Of a DNA stretch of 64,000 nt, positions 42,183-52,599 are shown one piece after another. The translations under genes were made by a program, and so were the position numbers. Each line of letters begins with the position of its first letter. Positions within the stretch are counted from its first letter, which is position 1. The stretch spans positions 32,001 to 96,000 of the forward strand of contig JAXMNT010000016.1 in assembly GCA_034670305.1 (NCBI GenBank), given 5' to 3'. The notes below the pieces were generated by a model. The model was not told the DNA's origin. It ran no database searches and worked only from the letters and a program-made list of their open reading frames with translations. Origin of the DNA: Deltaproteobacteria bacterium. GTDB taxonomy: Bacteria; Myxococcota_A; Polyangia; Polyangiales; Houyiibacteriaceae.

Positions 42183-43301
42183 ATGGCGCGACCACCGACC
42201 ACGTACTGGGACTACATCAAGACCGAAGAGCTGCTCGGTCTTCAGGGCGGCCTCGAACCGGACGACTCCACCCTGGAGAACGACGAGGTCCTGTTCATCA
42301 CGGTGCACCAGATCGACGAACTCTGGTTCAAGTTGATCCTGCGCGAGCTCGTCTCGGTTCGGAACTTGTTCGCGAAGGAACATGTGCCGGAGCAGTCCCT
42401 CGCGAACGCGGTGCGTGGACTTCGGCGCGCCGCACTGCTCTTCCACCAGGTCGCCGAACACTTCGCCCTCATGGAGACGATGACCACCCGGGACTACCTC
42501 GAGTTTCGAGACAAGCTCAGCCCCGCCAGCGGGTTTCAATCGGCGCAGCTGCGTGAAATCGAGATCGTCATGGGCCTCGAAGCGAAGCTCCGGGTCCCGC
42601 TCGGCCACGAAGCGACCTACCTCAAAGCCCTGCGCAACTCGGACGGTTCCGACTCACCCGCCTCGACCCGCGTGGCGCAACGCATGGCCGACCGCCCCAC
42701 GCTCCGGGAAGCGGTAGAGAACTGGCTCTTCCGCACTCCGATCCAGGGCTCGACCCCGGCCGACCCGGGCGACGCCGGCGCGGTCGCATCGTTCATCGAG
42801 GCGTACCTGGAAGCGCACGCGAAGGAGTCGGCGCGCGCCCGGGCGTTCGCAGACCACGACGGCCTGAGCGACGACGACCGCACCCGCCTCGACGGGCGCT
42901 ACGCTGCAGAGCGGGACGGCGCGCGCGCGTTCTTGCTCGCCGACGACGAGGAGGAGGACGCGCAGTCGCGCCGGAGCCGACTGCGTGCGTCTCTGCTCTT
43001 CATCGAGAGCTACCGGGAGCTACCCCTGCTCGCCTGGCCGCGCGAAGTCGTGGATGCGATCGTGGAACTCGAACAAGCGTCGCTGATCTTCCGTCAGCGC
43101 CACGCCCGCATGGTCGAACGAGTCATCGGACGCCGCACCGGCACCGGCGGCTCCGCAGGCGTCGACTACCTCGACAAGACCGCGCTGACCTACCGCGTCT
43201 TCCCGGACGTCTGGGCGATCCGCACCCTCCAGCTCCGCAAGACCGCGCTCCCCCCCCTCGCCGACCCGACCTTCTACGGCCTGGTCGCCGACTCGACCTA
43301 G
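42183..43301 (+). CDS. kynA: Tryptophan 2,3-dioxygenase
   Basis: [51 protein letters not shown]. Confidence 0.95.
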   Translation: MARPPTTYWDYIKTEELLGLQGGLEPDDSTLENDEVLFITVHQIDELWFKLILRELVSVRNLFAKEHVPEQSLANAVRGLRRAALLFHQVAEHFALMETMTTRDYLEFRDKLSPASGFQSAQLREIEIVMGLEAKLRVPLGHEATYLKALRNSDGSDSPASTRVAQRMADRPTLREAVENWLFRTPIQGSTPADPGDAGAVASFIEAYLEAHAKESARARAFADHDGLSDDDRTRLDGRYAAERDGARAFLLADDEEEDAQSRRSRLRASLLFIESYRELPLLAWPREVVDAIVELEQASLIFRQRHARMVERVIGRRTGTGGSAGVDYLDKTALTYRVFPDVWAIRTLQLRKTALPPLADPTFYGLVADST

Positions 43302-43320
43302 CCCCGAGCAACGCGAGGCG

Positions 43321-43780
43321 CCCCGTGCCCGCGCCCCTGCCCGGTGATCTTGCCATCGTCGGCATCGGGCGTCGTTGCGGCCTCGGCCTCGCCTTCGGCA
43401 TCGGCTTCGGAATCGAATTCGGCTTCGGCATCGGCATCGGCTTCGGCTTCGGCTTCGGCTTCGGCGTCGGCTTCGGCATCGGCTTCGGCGTCGGCTTCGG
43501 CTTCGGCTTCGGCGTCGGCTTCGGCATCGGCTTCGGCGTCGGCTTCGGCTTCGGCTTCGGCATCGGCATCGGCTTCGGCTTCGGCATCGGCAGCGGCACT
43601 GGCATCGGCTTCGGCTTCGGCAGCGGCAGCGGCAGCGGCAGCGGCAGCGGCAGCGTCAGCGGCAGGGGCAGCAGAATCGGATTCGGCTTCCGCTCGAGTT
43701 CCAGGGTCGCGACCGAACCGCGGGCACGGGCACGGGCAAACCACACGTCCTTCCCGCTGCTTGCTTCCGCTTCCGCCGTC
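43321..43780. repeat. Long hexamer array (GGCTTC/GGCATC/GGCAGC)n with inverted GCCC/GGGC arms
   Basis: Seen directly between convergent kynA and the queA-like gene. Confidence 0.95.
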
Positions 43781-43795
43781 CGCATCTTCCGACCG

Positions 43796-44872
43796 CTAGA
43801 GAATCAGCATCAAGTCACCGAACTCGTGGGCGAGGTACCCGCCCGCCACCGCGGCTTCGTGGGCCGCTTCCAAGACGTCGCGATCCGCGAACGCCCCGAG
43901 CAGATCCCAGTGGCTCTCGCCGGGCGAGTGCACGCCGGTGAGGATGCCGTCCACCGCGCGCAGGGCGTGGTGTCGGTCGATCCGGAGTTCGGCGAGGCCG
44001 AGCCCTGGGGACCATCCTGCCAGCGCGCACGACTCCAGCGCGCGGACCACGGTCGTACCCACGGCGACCACCCGCCGACCACGCGCCTTGGCGCGCGCGA
44101 CGCTTTGCAACGTCTCGGGCGGCACGTCGTAGCGCTCAGGCAGCGGAAGTGCGGCATCGAGCGCGGCGCTGCCGGTCGCGGACAGACCGGCGGCGTGGGT
44201 GAGCCACGCGAGTTCGACCCCGCGTGCTTCCAGCATCCGCAAGAGCGGCCACCGAAGCGGCCTGCCGGTCGACGCCATCTCCACCGCCCAAGGCCGCTGG
44301 CCATACGGCGTCTGCACCTGGTGCAGTTCGAGCGGTGCGTGCAGGTGGCGGTACTGCACCGGGCGCGCCGCAGCGTAGAGAAACGCCGCGAGCGCATCGC
44401 CCGATGCCGCGAACTCGAGTTCGACAAGCCGTCCCCAGCTCGAACGCACCCGTGCCGACATGCCTCGCCAACCAAGTCGTGCATCGACCGGCAGAGGCGG
44501 CGGTGGCGGCCGGGTGTCGGTGTCGTCGCGCCAGCTGCCTTCTCCGAACACCACCGCCCACCAGCGGGCTGGAAACGCGTCCGCATGCATTGCGTCCAGC
44601 GCGAAGCTCGGCCCGGCGAGTCGCAGCTCGATCGGCTGGTGGTCCCAGACCGTGTCCAGACTCGCAGGCAAAGTCGCAGCGTCGTTGAGGACGAGTACAT
44701 CGCCCGCCTGCAGGTGTTCCAACAGCCCCACGACGGGCGTGTCGACCACGTCCGGACCGGGCACGCGCAGCAGGCGGGTGTCCCGCCAGGGCCGGCGAGG
44801 ATCGGTGGCCGGCAGCAGCACGGATGCGGTTGCCGCGCTCGCACGATGCATCTTCTCCGCGGCGCCCATCAC
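43796..44872 (-). CDS. QueA-family (SAM:tRNA ribosyltransferase-isomerase-like) protein, divergent clade
   Basis: [13 protein letters not shown]...[42 protein letters not shown]. Confidence 0.85.
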   Translation of the reverse strand: MMGAAEKMHRASAATASVLLPATDPRRPWRDTRLLRVPGPDVVDTPVVGLLEHLQAGDVLVLNDAATLPASLDTVWDHQPIELRLAGPSFALDAMHADAFPARWWAVVFGEGSWRDDTDTRPPPPPLPVDARLGWRGMSARVRSSWGRLVELEFAASGDALAAFLYAAARPVQYRHLHAPLELHQVQTPYGQRPWAVEMASTGRPLRWPLLRMLEARGVELAWLTHAAGLSATGSAALDAALPLPERYDVPPETLQSVARAKARGRRVVAVGTTVVRALESCALAGWSPGLGLAELRIDRHHALRAVDGILTGVHSPGESHWDLLGAFADRDVLEAAHEAAVAGGYLAHEFGDLMLIL

Positions 44873-45636
44873 CCGCCCCCGATGGCCCGGGCGTCGACGC
44901 GACCGAAACGCGTGCCCTGGAGGTCGACGACGCGCGCGAGCAGGGCGCGGATGTCACGGGCCACATCCTCGGGGCGCGCGAGCACGCTCCGGTCGGCGTC
45001 CGGCATCGCATCGGCGTGCATGTCCGTGTCCATCTCGCCGGGGTCGATGCTCACCGCCCGCACGCCTGTGCCCTGGAGTTCGGCGTCCCAGATCTTCAAG
45101 AGCTGATCGAGCGCAGCTTTGCTGGCGCCGTACGCGCCCCAGGTGGCGTAGCCCTCGACCGCCGCGTCGGAGCTGATGCCGACCACGAGACCCCGGCGTT
45201 GCCGGAGCATCGAGGGGAGAAGCGCGTGGGTGAGCCGCTGGGGTCCGAGCACGTTGACCTCGAAGACTTGGGCGAGCGCGCTGGGATCGAGGTCCCCGAG
45301 CTCCGGCATCGGCACCGGACCGAGCGTGCTCGCGTTGTGCACGAGCACGTCGACGCCGCCCAGCAGCTCGAGCGCGCGCGCCGCCAGCGCGGTGGATGCG
45401 TGCCCGACGTCGGCTTCGACCGTGTGCAGCGTTCCGGGTCCATCGCTCGCTGCCGCGGCGAGCTGCGCGAGATCTCCCCGGCCGCGGGCCACCGCGACGA
45501 CGTGGGCACCGTGCTGCACCCATTGGAGCGCCAGGGCGCGGCCGAGTCCGCGCGAAGCGCCGGTGAGGACGACGCGGGTCGGGGTCGCGGTGGGTTCTTG
45601 GTCGGTCGGGTCTGTGTTCGTGTGGTGCATGTTCAT
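44869..45636 (-). CDS. Short-chain dehydrogenase/reductase (SDR)
   Basis: TGASRGLG, VHNAS, YGASKAA (YxxxK), DPGEMDT; the stop overlaps the queA-like start. Confidence 0.92.
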   Translation of the reverse strand: MNMHHTNTDPTDQEPTATPTRVVLTGASRGLGRALALQWVQHGAHVVAVARGRGDLAQLAAAASDGPGTLHTVEADVGHASTALAARALELLGGVDVLVHNASTLGPVPMPELGDLDPSALAQVFEVNVLGPQRLTHALLPSMLRQRRGLVVGISSDAAVEGYATWGAYGASKAALDQLLKIWDAELQGTGVRAVSIDPGEMDTDMHADAMPDADRSVLARPEDVARDIRALLARVVDLQGTRFGRVDARAIGGG

Positions 45637-45721
45637 CTCCTGAACCACACCGTGCAGACGCCGCGCTGCCGTGGCGACGATTCGGATGCTAGGGCGTCCG
45701 TCGGTTGCAGGAGCATCCGAG

Positions 45722-45870
45722 GCCCCCGTGCCCGTGCCCGTGCCCGTGCCCTGCCCCGTGCCGAAGCCGAAGCCGAAGCCGAAGCCGAAGCCGAAGCCGA
45801 AGCCGAAGCCGAAGCCGAAGCCGAAGCCGAAGCCGGTGCCGATCCCGAAGCCGAAGCAGGGGCCCGAAGC
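45722..45870. repeat. (CCCGTG)n followed by (CCGAAG)n array
   Basis: Seen directly; reverse complement of the GGCTTC arrays. Confidence 0.9.
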
Positions 45871-45932
45871 GCGATGTGAGCGGCGGCCCGTGGGCCGCCA
45901 CAGCGCCGCGCGAGTCCGACGAGCGCGGCGCT

Positions 45933-46844
45933 CTAGTCGAACTCTTCGTCGCCCCAGTCGGAGGCGGCGGGAGACCAACTCTCGTAGTTGACGTGTAGGT
46001 GATGGATCGCGCCGTGCGCGCCGCCGACGAGCGCTCCGTCGCCCACGGGGGCGAGCGACCAGAAGTGTTCGTTGGAACCGACGTCCACCTGGGTCCAGCC
46101 TCGGCCGTCCTCGCTGAAGAGCACGGTGCCGCCAGAGCCCACCGCCAGGATGCCATCGGCGACGGTGTCGACCGACTCGAGGTCCGCGGAGATCTCGAGG
46201 CGCGGACTCGTCCAATCCGTTCCGTCTTCCGAGAAGAAGAGCTGCCCGCTGTCGCCCACGAGGACGAGCACGCCGTCGAGTTCGGCCATCGCACAGAGCG
46301 GCGCGCGGCCCGGGTTCTCCAGGGTCTCGAAGCTGCGCCCGTCGAATCGAACCAGTTGGTCCCCGTACAGCAGCACTTCGCGGCCACCGTCCCGGACGTG
46401 GAGCCCGAGCAACCGGCCTCCGCCACTGCGAACCTCTTGCCAGGTCTCCCCGTCGTCGTCGGACCGGTGGACCATGCCACCGTCGCCCGTGACGAGAAGC
46501 GCGCCGAACGCCTCGGCGATGCCGTAGAGGCAGCCGCCTTTGCGGGCGCCCTTGTTCCCGCACACGGTCCAACTCGATCCCTGGTCGACGCTCCGCGCGA
46601 TCATCCCGAACTCGCCGGCCACGAGCAGGTCGTTCTCCCGCGCCAGGCAGTGCCGCAGCCCGCTCGTGTCCGGGGTCGCCTTCTTGACGAACGGGCCGCC
46701 GTCTTCCGACGCCAGCATGGTGGTGCGTCCGTAGGTCCCGCCCGACGCGAACGCCCACCCGTCGTGGGTCGAGATCTTCGAGATGAACCCGAGGCTGTTG
46801 TCCTGCTTGTGCGCGGTGCGCAGCTTGTATTCCGGTGCCGTCAC
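45933..46844 (-). CDS. BNR/Ycf48-like beta-propeller protein
   Basis: Repeated S.D.G.TW Asp-box motifs and VG..G.I motifs. Confidence 0.8.
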   Translation of the reverse strand: MTAPEYKLRTAHKQDNSLGFISKISTHDGWAFASGGTYGRTTMLASEDGGPFVKKATPDTSGLRHCLARENDLLVAGEFGMIARSVDQGSSWTVCGNKGARKGGCLYGIAEAFGALLVTGDGGMVHRSDDDGETWQEVRSGGGRLLGLHVRDGGREVLLYGDQLVRFDGRSFETLENPGRAPLCAMAELDGVLVLVGDSGQLFFSEDGTDWTSPRLEISADLESVDTVADGILAVGSGGTVLFSEDGRGWTQVDVGSNEHFWSLAPVGDGALVGGAHGAIHHLHVNYESWSPAASDWGDEEFD

Positions 46845-47110
46845 CGCGCCAGGGTATCCCGTTCGGCGATCGTTCGAGGTGGAACCTGGCCGCTACCCCT
46901 GGCGGTTGCCCAGGAAACACCCGACCGAACGAGGAGAAACGTGGTGGCACGGACTGGCATGGAGCAGCGAAGCGTTGCAGCTGCCGGACCAGGCGAACAG
47001 AGACGAGCCGCCCGTTCCCGACGACGAGCGGCGGGCAGACGCGGACGTCAGCGACAGAGACGCCGCACGCGGCCTTGTTGTTGAAGCAACCAGAGTGCTA
47101 TCGCAGCGAC

Positions 47111-47659
47111 ATGGACATCGAACGCTCCGCGGAGAACCTCGCCCACAACATCCGCGCGCTCCGGGAAGCGCGCGGACTCAGCCAAGCGCAACTCGCCAAA
47201 CTCTCCGGCGTGCCGCGCCCCACCTGGGCCACGCTCGAAGGCGGCGGCGGCAACCCCACGCTCGCGGTGCTGCTCAAAGTCTCCAGCACGCTTCAGGTCT
47301 CGCTCGAAGAACTGGTCGGCCCACCGCGCGCCGCCGCACAGCTTTTCCCCGCCGCGAGCATTCCCGAGAAACGCCGAGGTCAGTCGCGCATCCGCGCGCT
47401 CTTGCCGGAGTCCCTTCAAGGCCTGCAGATGGAACGGCTCGAACTCCCCGCCGGCGCCGCCTTCACCGGCATCCCCCACACGCCGGGCACCCGGGAGTAC
47501 CTGTGCTGCGAACGGGGCGAGATCCTCCTCACCGCGAGCGGCACCGCCTGGACCCTGACCGCCGGTGACGTCCTCGTCTTCCGCGGCGACCAGAAACACG
47601 CCTACCGAAACGCCTCGAGGCGCGCCGCGGTGGCGTACAGCGTCATCGCGCTCGGCTGA
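47111..47659 (+). CDS. XRE-family HTH regulator with cupin domain
   Basis: IRALREARGLSQAQLA..SGV..NPTL; H.PGTREY, L.AGD...F.GD.KH.YRN. Confidence 0.92.
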   Translation: MDIERSAENLAHNIRALREARGLSQAQLAKLSGVPRPTWATLEGGGGNPTLAVLLKVSSTLQVSLEELVGPPRAAAQLFPAASIPEKRRGQSRIRALLPESLQGLQMERLELPAGAAFTGIPHTPGTREYLCCERGEILLTASGTAWTLTAGDVLVFRGDQKHAYRNASRRAAVAYSVIALG

Positions 47660-47670
47660 AACGGTGCGCT

Positions 47671-48006
47671 CTAGTCCTGCAAGAGGCGAATGAGATCCCC
47701 GATCGATCGGTGGGACTCGAGCGGATGCCGAAGAGGGACGTCGTGAACCACCGTGTAGTGGTTCCGCCGCCCGCGGCGCTCCCGGACCACGACGCCGACC
47801 TCCTCCAGTTCGCTCAGGATTCGGAGCACCGCACGTTCGGTGATGCCGACACGCAACGCCATGTCACGCACCCGCGCGTCGGGGTCCCGCACGATGCAAA
47901 TGAGCACGTGCGCGTGGTTCGATAGGAAGGTCCACGTCGGCTCCACGGCGCTGACCCTAGCAGCTTGATCCGGTGAACCTGAGGGTGTCTGTTGTTCGTC
48001 AGTCAT
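47671..48006 (-). CDS. Winged-helix (MarR/AsnC-like) transcriptional regulator
   Basis: WTFLSNHAHVL...RDMA..VGITERAV...RRGRRNHY...LRHPLE; last gene of the T1SS-like operon. Confidence 0.88.
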   Translation of the reverse strand: MTDEQQTPSGSPDQAARVSAVEPTWTFLSNHAHVLICIVRDPDARVRDMALRVGITERAVLRILSELEEVGVVVRERRGRRNHYTVVHDVPLRHPLESHRSIGDLIRLLQD

Positions 48007-49390
48007 CGTCGGCTCCTCCGCACCCCGTCACGGCCACCCATCGAGCCCGCGCCGCCCACAATCCCCGAAGCGCGTCGAGCACCGCCAGGGTGGCGGACAG
48101 CTCGGCTTGTTCGCGCAGGTTGACCACCATCAGCGTCGTCGCACCTTCGTCGAACCGGCGCCGCTCCGCTGCCGCGAGGCGGGCGCTCACCTCCACGAGA
48201 GATTCGGTGAGCGCCCCGCGCTCTTCGGCCGCACGCCAGGCGGACAACGCGTCGTCGAGCGAGCGCTCGAGCTGCTCCCGGGCCCACCGCGCGCGTTCGC
48301 TGACCTCTCGGACATCGGCGGCGGCGGCGTCGCGCGCTCCACGCGCTTGGCGCAGCCCAAGAGGAACCGACAGTTCGAGCTTCACTTCGAAGGCTGTGCC
48401 CACGAGCGTCTCCGATCCTTCTCCGAAGTCGCGCGAGACCTGCGCCGACGCATCGAGCTGCGGTGCGACCTGGCTGCGGGCCAATCGGCTCTCGACCTCC
48501 GCCGCGAGTTGCCGCGCGCGCCAGCGGCGGAGCTCTGGATGACACGCCAGAACCTCAGAGGCGGCCGACGGCGCCGCGGGGGCGTCGGGCTGCGCGGGCA
48601 GTTCGTCGAGCGTGGGCGTCCTCGGCTCCCCCGCGGCGTCCCGAAGGTAGAGCCCGAGCTCGAGGCCAGCCCGCTCGAACGCACGCCGGGCGGAGACCAC
48701 GGCGGAGCCTCGCGACAGAACACTGCGCTGCGCTTCGAGCAGCTCGACCGGTGCCAACAGACCGCTCTCGACCCGTCGCTCGACCTGCGAGACGCGGACC
48801 TCGGCGAGACGCCGCAACGCCTCCATGCCCACGAGGCGGTGACCCGCGGTCACCCAGTCGAAGTACGCATCGGTTGCCCTTCGACGGAGCGACTGTCGAG
48901 TCCCGGCGACGGCGTGGTCCGCGCCCTCGCGATTGAACCGTGCGACATCGCGGGCGGCCCGCCGAGCGTCTCTGGGTCCATCGCGCCAGAGCGGCACCCG
49001 CACACCGGCGCGCACCTCGCCCGCATCGAGCGTCTCGTCACCGTAGTAGCTCGGGTAGCGCTCCTGGTCGCCGACGCCGCGCCGGTACCCCGCCCACACC
49101 TCGGTGCCCCAGAGCGGCGTCGCCTGACGCAGTTCCACATCGACCTGGTCCAGGTGGTAGTAGCCACCGCGGCGCAGCGCGCCACGCGCACGCAGCTGCG
49201 GATCGAACGCACCACGGGCGCGTTGCTCCCCCGCCTCGGCGGCGTCGCGCGTCGCGAGCTCTGCCAGCACGAGGGGGTGGTGCTGATCGGTGGACGCGAG
49301 CACCTCGTGCATCTGCACTGGCGCTTGGGCGCTCACGGGGACGACCATCGCCGAGAGCACGAACGCTGCGAGACGAGCGGTCCTACGCAT
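47999..49390 (-). CDS. TolC-family outer membrane protein
   Basis: Signal peptide, HHP, GAFDP, helical OEP repeats, RRFDEGATTL..VNLRE. Confidence 0.85.
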   Translation of the reverse strand: MRRTARLAAFVLSAMVVPVSAQAPVQMHEVLASTDQHHPLVLAELATRDAAEAGEQRARGAFDPQLRARGALRRGGYYHLDQVDVELRQATPLWGTEVWAGYRRGVGDQERYPSYYGDETLDAGEVRAGVRVPLWRDGPRDARRAARDVARFNREGADHAVAGTRQSLRRRATDAYFDWVTAGHRLVGMEALRRLAEVRVSQVERRVESGLLAPVELLEAQRSVLSRGSAVVSARRAFERAGLELGLYLRDAAGEPRTPTLDELPAQPDAPAAPSAASEVLACHPELRRWRARQLAAEVESRLARSQVAPQLDASAQVSRDFGEGSETLVGTAFEVKLELSVPLGLRQARGARDAAAADVREVSERARWAREQLERSLDDALSAWRAAEERGALTESLVEVSARLAAAERRRFDEGATTLMVVNLREQAELSATLAVLDALRGLWAARARWVAVTGCGGADDD

Positions 49391-50681
49391 CGGTCTCTCC
49401 CAGATCGACGGTGGGGGGAAACCCGTTGAGCTGGCGCCAGAGTTCGAACCCGAGCTTGACGCGGTCGAGCAGGATCCATCCTTTGGTGCGCGTGCCCTGC
49501 CGCAGGAACCGTCGCTCCGGCCACGGCTCGTCGTTGGGGTCGGCTACGACGACGACGCGAAAGTCACCCTGTCCGTCGTCGGAGGGATCGACGAACGCGA
49601 CCTGGCCCCCGAACGTGCCAACCGCGACGCTCGGCCACCCGCTGAACTGCACCGCAGGCCAGCCTTCGAACTGGAGTCGCACCAATCGACCCGCGGTGAT
49701 CAACGAGGCATCGTTTCCGTCGACCGTGAGTGCGACCGCGCGCACCTCACCGTCAGGGACGATGCGGGCCAACGTCGTGCCCCGACCGATCTGGACGTTG
49801 CCCTCGGGGACCTCGATTCGCTGCACCACGCCACCGCGCGGTGCGACGATGCGCTGTGCCGCCTGCTGCGCCAGCGCCGACTCGGCCGAGAGCACACCGG
49901 CCCGCGCACTCTCCACCGATCCACGCGCGCTCTCCAAGCTGGCACGGGCCGAGCGGAGCGACGCGTCCGCGGCCGCCTCCACCCGAGCGAGCGAGGATTC
50001 TTTCCGTTCGACGACCGTGCGACGTGCTTCGAGGTCCGCCTGTTGCGCCCGAAGCTCAGCCGCTGCGCGGGTCGCGTCCAATTCCCCGAGCTCGCGCTCC
50101 CGCGTCGACGCGAGCCCATCCGAAGCGAGTGCCTGAAGCCGCCCCTGCTGCCGCGAAGCGGTCTCGAGGCGGAGCTCGGTGGCGTCCACGACCTCGCGCA
50201 ACGCACGCAACGAACTGCGTGCCTCCGCGATCTCCGCGCGCGCGACCTCGAGCTGAGCACGTCGCGATGCCTCGACCGCCTCGACGCGCGCCTCGTGTGC
50301 GCTCAGTCCGGCCTGGCTCGCATCGAGTCGGCTGCGGGCCGCGTCCAGCATCGACTGAAGTCGGGCGGCGCGCTGGGGGTCGTTGTCTCGCAGGGTGACG
50401 AGCGGATCGCCGGCCTCGACCCGCTGACCTTCCACGACGTGCCACCGCTCGATCGTCCCACCGACGGTCGCCTGGATCACTTGGGGCCGCTGGTCGGGCG
50501 ACAGCGCGATGACCTCACCGCTCCCAGACACGTTCTGTTGCCAAGGGGCGAGTGCGGAGCACCCCACGAAGCAGACGAGCGCCATGGCGAGCCAACGGGC
50601 CACCCGGCGAGGGGCCGCGGGCACCGGAATGCGACGGGCCGCCGGCATCAGGGAAGCGAGCGCTCGATCCCGGGCGATCAC
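49383..50681 (-). CDS. HlyD-family membrane fusion protein
   Basis: PWQQNVSGSG, lipoyl halves (VEGQRVEAGD, IVAPRGG), coiled coil, VRLQFEGWPA. The GTG start overlaps the ABC gene stop. Confidence 0.9.
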   Translation of the reverse strand: MIARDRALASLMPAARRIPVPAAPRRVARWLAMALVCFVGCSALAPWQQNVSGSGEVIALSPDQRPQVIQATVGGTIERWHVVEGQRVEAGDPLVTLRDNDPQRAARLQSMLDAARSRLDASQAGLSAHEARVEAVEASRRAQLEVARAEIAEARSSLRALREVVDATELRLETASRQQGRLQALASDGLASTRERELGELDATRAAAELRAQQADLEARRTVVERKESSLARVEAAADASLRSARASLESARGSVESARAGVLSAESALAQQAAQRIVAPRGGVVQRIEVPEGNVQIGRGTTLARIVPDGEVRAVALTVDGNDASLITAGRLVRLQFEGWPAVQFSGWPSVAVGTFGGQVAFVDPSDDGQGDFRVVVVADPNDEPWPERRFLRQGTRTKGWILLDRVKLGFELWRQLNGFPPTVDLGETDA

Positions 50682-52579
50682 GATCCGACCTCCACGACGA
50701 ACATGCCGTCGCCGTCCATCGATGCGATGACGATCGCATCTTCGAGCACCGGCTCGAACGCGCCCTCGGCGAGCAAGGCTCCGAGTTCCGGCGCCTCCAG
50801 CACGATGACCGTGGCGCCCTCGACGAGGGCGCGCGCGAGCATCAGGCGAAGCGCCTGCCCCCGACTGAGCGGTCCTCCACGCGCATCGAGGCGGGTGTGG
50901 AGTCCGGCCTCGAGTCCCCGCACGACCGTGGCGAGCCCCACCTTCTCGAGGCAGGACCACAGCCGGTGGGAGGGCGCGTGCCCGAGGTTCTCGTGGACTG
51001 TGCCGGGCCACAGCTCCACGTCCCGAAGCACGGCCACGTGCCGCCGAAGTTCCTCTCGGCGGAGCACACGGATGTCCTGTCCGTCGAGCAGGACCGACCC
51101 GCCGCGGGGCTCGCGCAGTCCGAAGAGCACGTCGACCAACTCGCGCTGAGCGGCGGCCGTCCCCTTGAGTACAGCGCGCACGCCTCGCACGAGCGAGAAG
51201 TTCACCGTCGTCGTCCCCACGGGAAGGTCCCGCACCACGAGCGACGACGCGCGCGCGGTGGACAGCCCTTCTCCGTCCGCGCGCTCGGCCGGCAGACTCA
51301 AGATCACGTCGAGCTTCTCCGCGGCGGCCACGAGATCGTAGGCCGTCTCGAGTTTGCCGCCGAGTTTGCTCAGCGCCGCGACGACCGCGGTGAGAATCAA
51401 TTCCGAGGCGACCAGCTGCCCGATGGTCAACTCCCGCTGAACCACGAGCAGCCCACCGATGCCGAGCAGTGCCACACTGCACAGCACCTGCAGCGCGAGG
51501 ACCCCGACGACCTGGCGGAACACGATGCGAAAGTGGCTCGCCCGCGCGTCGAGCCACTCCCCCGCCAACACGTCGAGGCGTGCGCGCGCCGCGCGCGCGC
51601 CGCCCGGTCGCTTGAGCGCGAAGAGGTGGCGGGCCATCTCCTCGAGCCAACCCGCGACCGCGTACTTCGCTTTCGACTCACGGCAGCTGGAGGGGGTCGC
51701 TCCCCGACCGAGCAGCAACGCGACCGCGAGGATGCCAGCGACGATCGCGAGGCCGAGCCCAAGCAGCAGCGGGTGGTAGAACGCGACGACCATGAGGCCG
51801 ACCACCACCGTCAAGGTGGCTTCCACCCCGCCGAGCATCAGCGCCGCGATCGCCTTCTGAGCGGTGAAGACATCAAAGAACCGGTTGACGAGCTCGGGCC
51901 CATGGGCCCGTTCGAACGCCGAGGCGTGAACCCGGGGCAGACGCTCGGAGAGCTGCGCCACCACCCGCACGAAGAAGCGGCGCTGCACGATCTCGACGAC
52001 CCACGCCTGAAGCGCGCGCAGCGTGGCCCCGAAGGTCAGTCCAGCCGCCAACAGCAACGCGACCACGACGATCGGCTGGACGAGCGCGCCGAACGCCACG
52101 GTGTTCACCAACACCTGAACCGCCAGAGGCAGGGCAAGGGAGAGGATGCCGACGCCGATCGCGTAGACGACGATGACGGCGAGGTCGGCGCGGTCCGCCG
52201 CGACCAGTTCCCAGGCGCGGCGCCACGGGCTGCTGGGCGGTGAGGTCCCCTTCGCCTTGTCCGGCCGACCTCGCTCGGCGCCGAGGTCGACGGCGAGCCA
52301 TTCGGCGTCTTGCATCGGCGTCACCGCGAGCCGGGATCGGAGCTCCTCGTGGGTGAGCCACACCGTCCGCCCAGACTCCGCCACCCGGACGCGCGTGCCC
52401 CGCGCCTCGAGCAGACCGAGTGGGACCCCCGCCGAATCGAGGACCAGGAGTGGACCGTCTTGGCGAAGGGCATCGAGCGCCACCTCCACAGGCGCTCGAA
52501 AACCCGAGGCCCGCATGCCCTCCGCCCGCAGCTTGCCCTCGGCCCAGGCCAGGGACGACTCGGTGGGGGGAGGTCCCAT
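50678..52579 (-). CDS. T1SS-type ABC transporter (TMD plus degenerate NBD)
   Basis: LSLALPLAVQ, ELVNRFFDV, IGQLVASEL membrane domain. The NBD has an LSRGQ signature, but Walker A reads GTAAAQRE. Confidence 0.85.
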   Translation of the reverse strand: MGPPPTESSLAWAEGKLRAEGMRASGFRAPVEVALDALRQDGPLLVLDSAGVPLGLLEARGTRVRVAESGRTVWLTHEELRSRLAVTPMQDAEWLAVDLGAERGRPDKAKGTSPPSSPWRRAWELVAADRADLAVIVVYAIGVGILSLALPLAVQVLVNTVAFGALVQPIVVVALLLAAGLTFGATLRALQAWVVEIVQRRFFVRVVAQLSERLPRVHASAFERAHGPELVNRFFDVFTAQKAIAALMLGGVEATLTVVVGLMVVAFYHPLLLGLGLAIVAGILAVALLLGRGATPSSCRESKAKYAVAGWLEEMARHLFALKRPGGARAARARLDVLAGEWLDARASHFRIVFRQVVGVLALQVLCSVALLGIGGLLVVQRELTIGQLVASELILTAVVAALSKLGGKLETAYDLVAAAEKLDVILSLPAERADGEGLSTARASSLVVRDLPVGTTTVNFSLVRGVRAVLKGTAAAQRELVDVLFGLREPRGGSVLLDGQDIRVLRREELRRHVAVLRDVELWPGTVHENLGHAPSHRLWSCLEKVGLATVVRGLEAGLHTRLDARGGPLSRGQALRLMLARALVEGATVIVLEAPELGALLAEGAFEPVLEDAIVIASMDGDGMFVVEVGS

Positions 52580-52599
52580 CGACCCGACGAGATCGGCAA

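Noticed and set aside
43123-43941. ORFs encoding (AEAD)n, (GFGI)n, (SA)n, (PK)n or (RL)n over the hexamer arrays
   Set aside because: The hexamers are stop-free in all six frames, so the ORFs arise trivially; no RBS or unique domain.
46845-47110. Small gene or ncRNA between the propeller and XRE genes
   Set aside because: No convincing start, RBS, codon bias or recognisable RNA motif; treated as a divergent promoter region.
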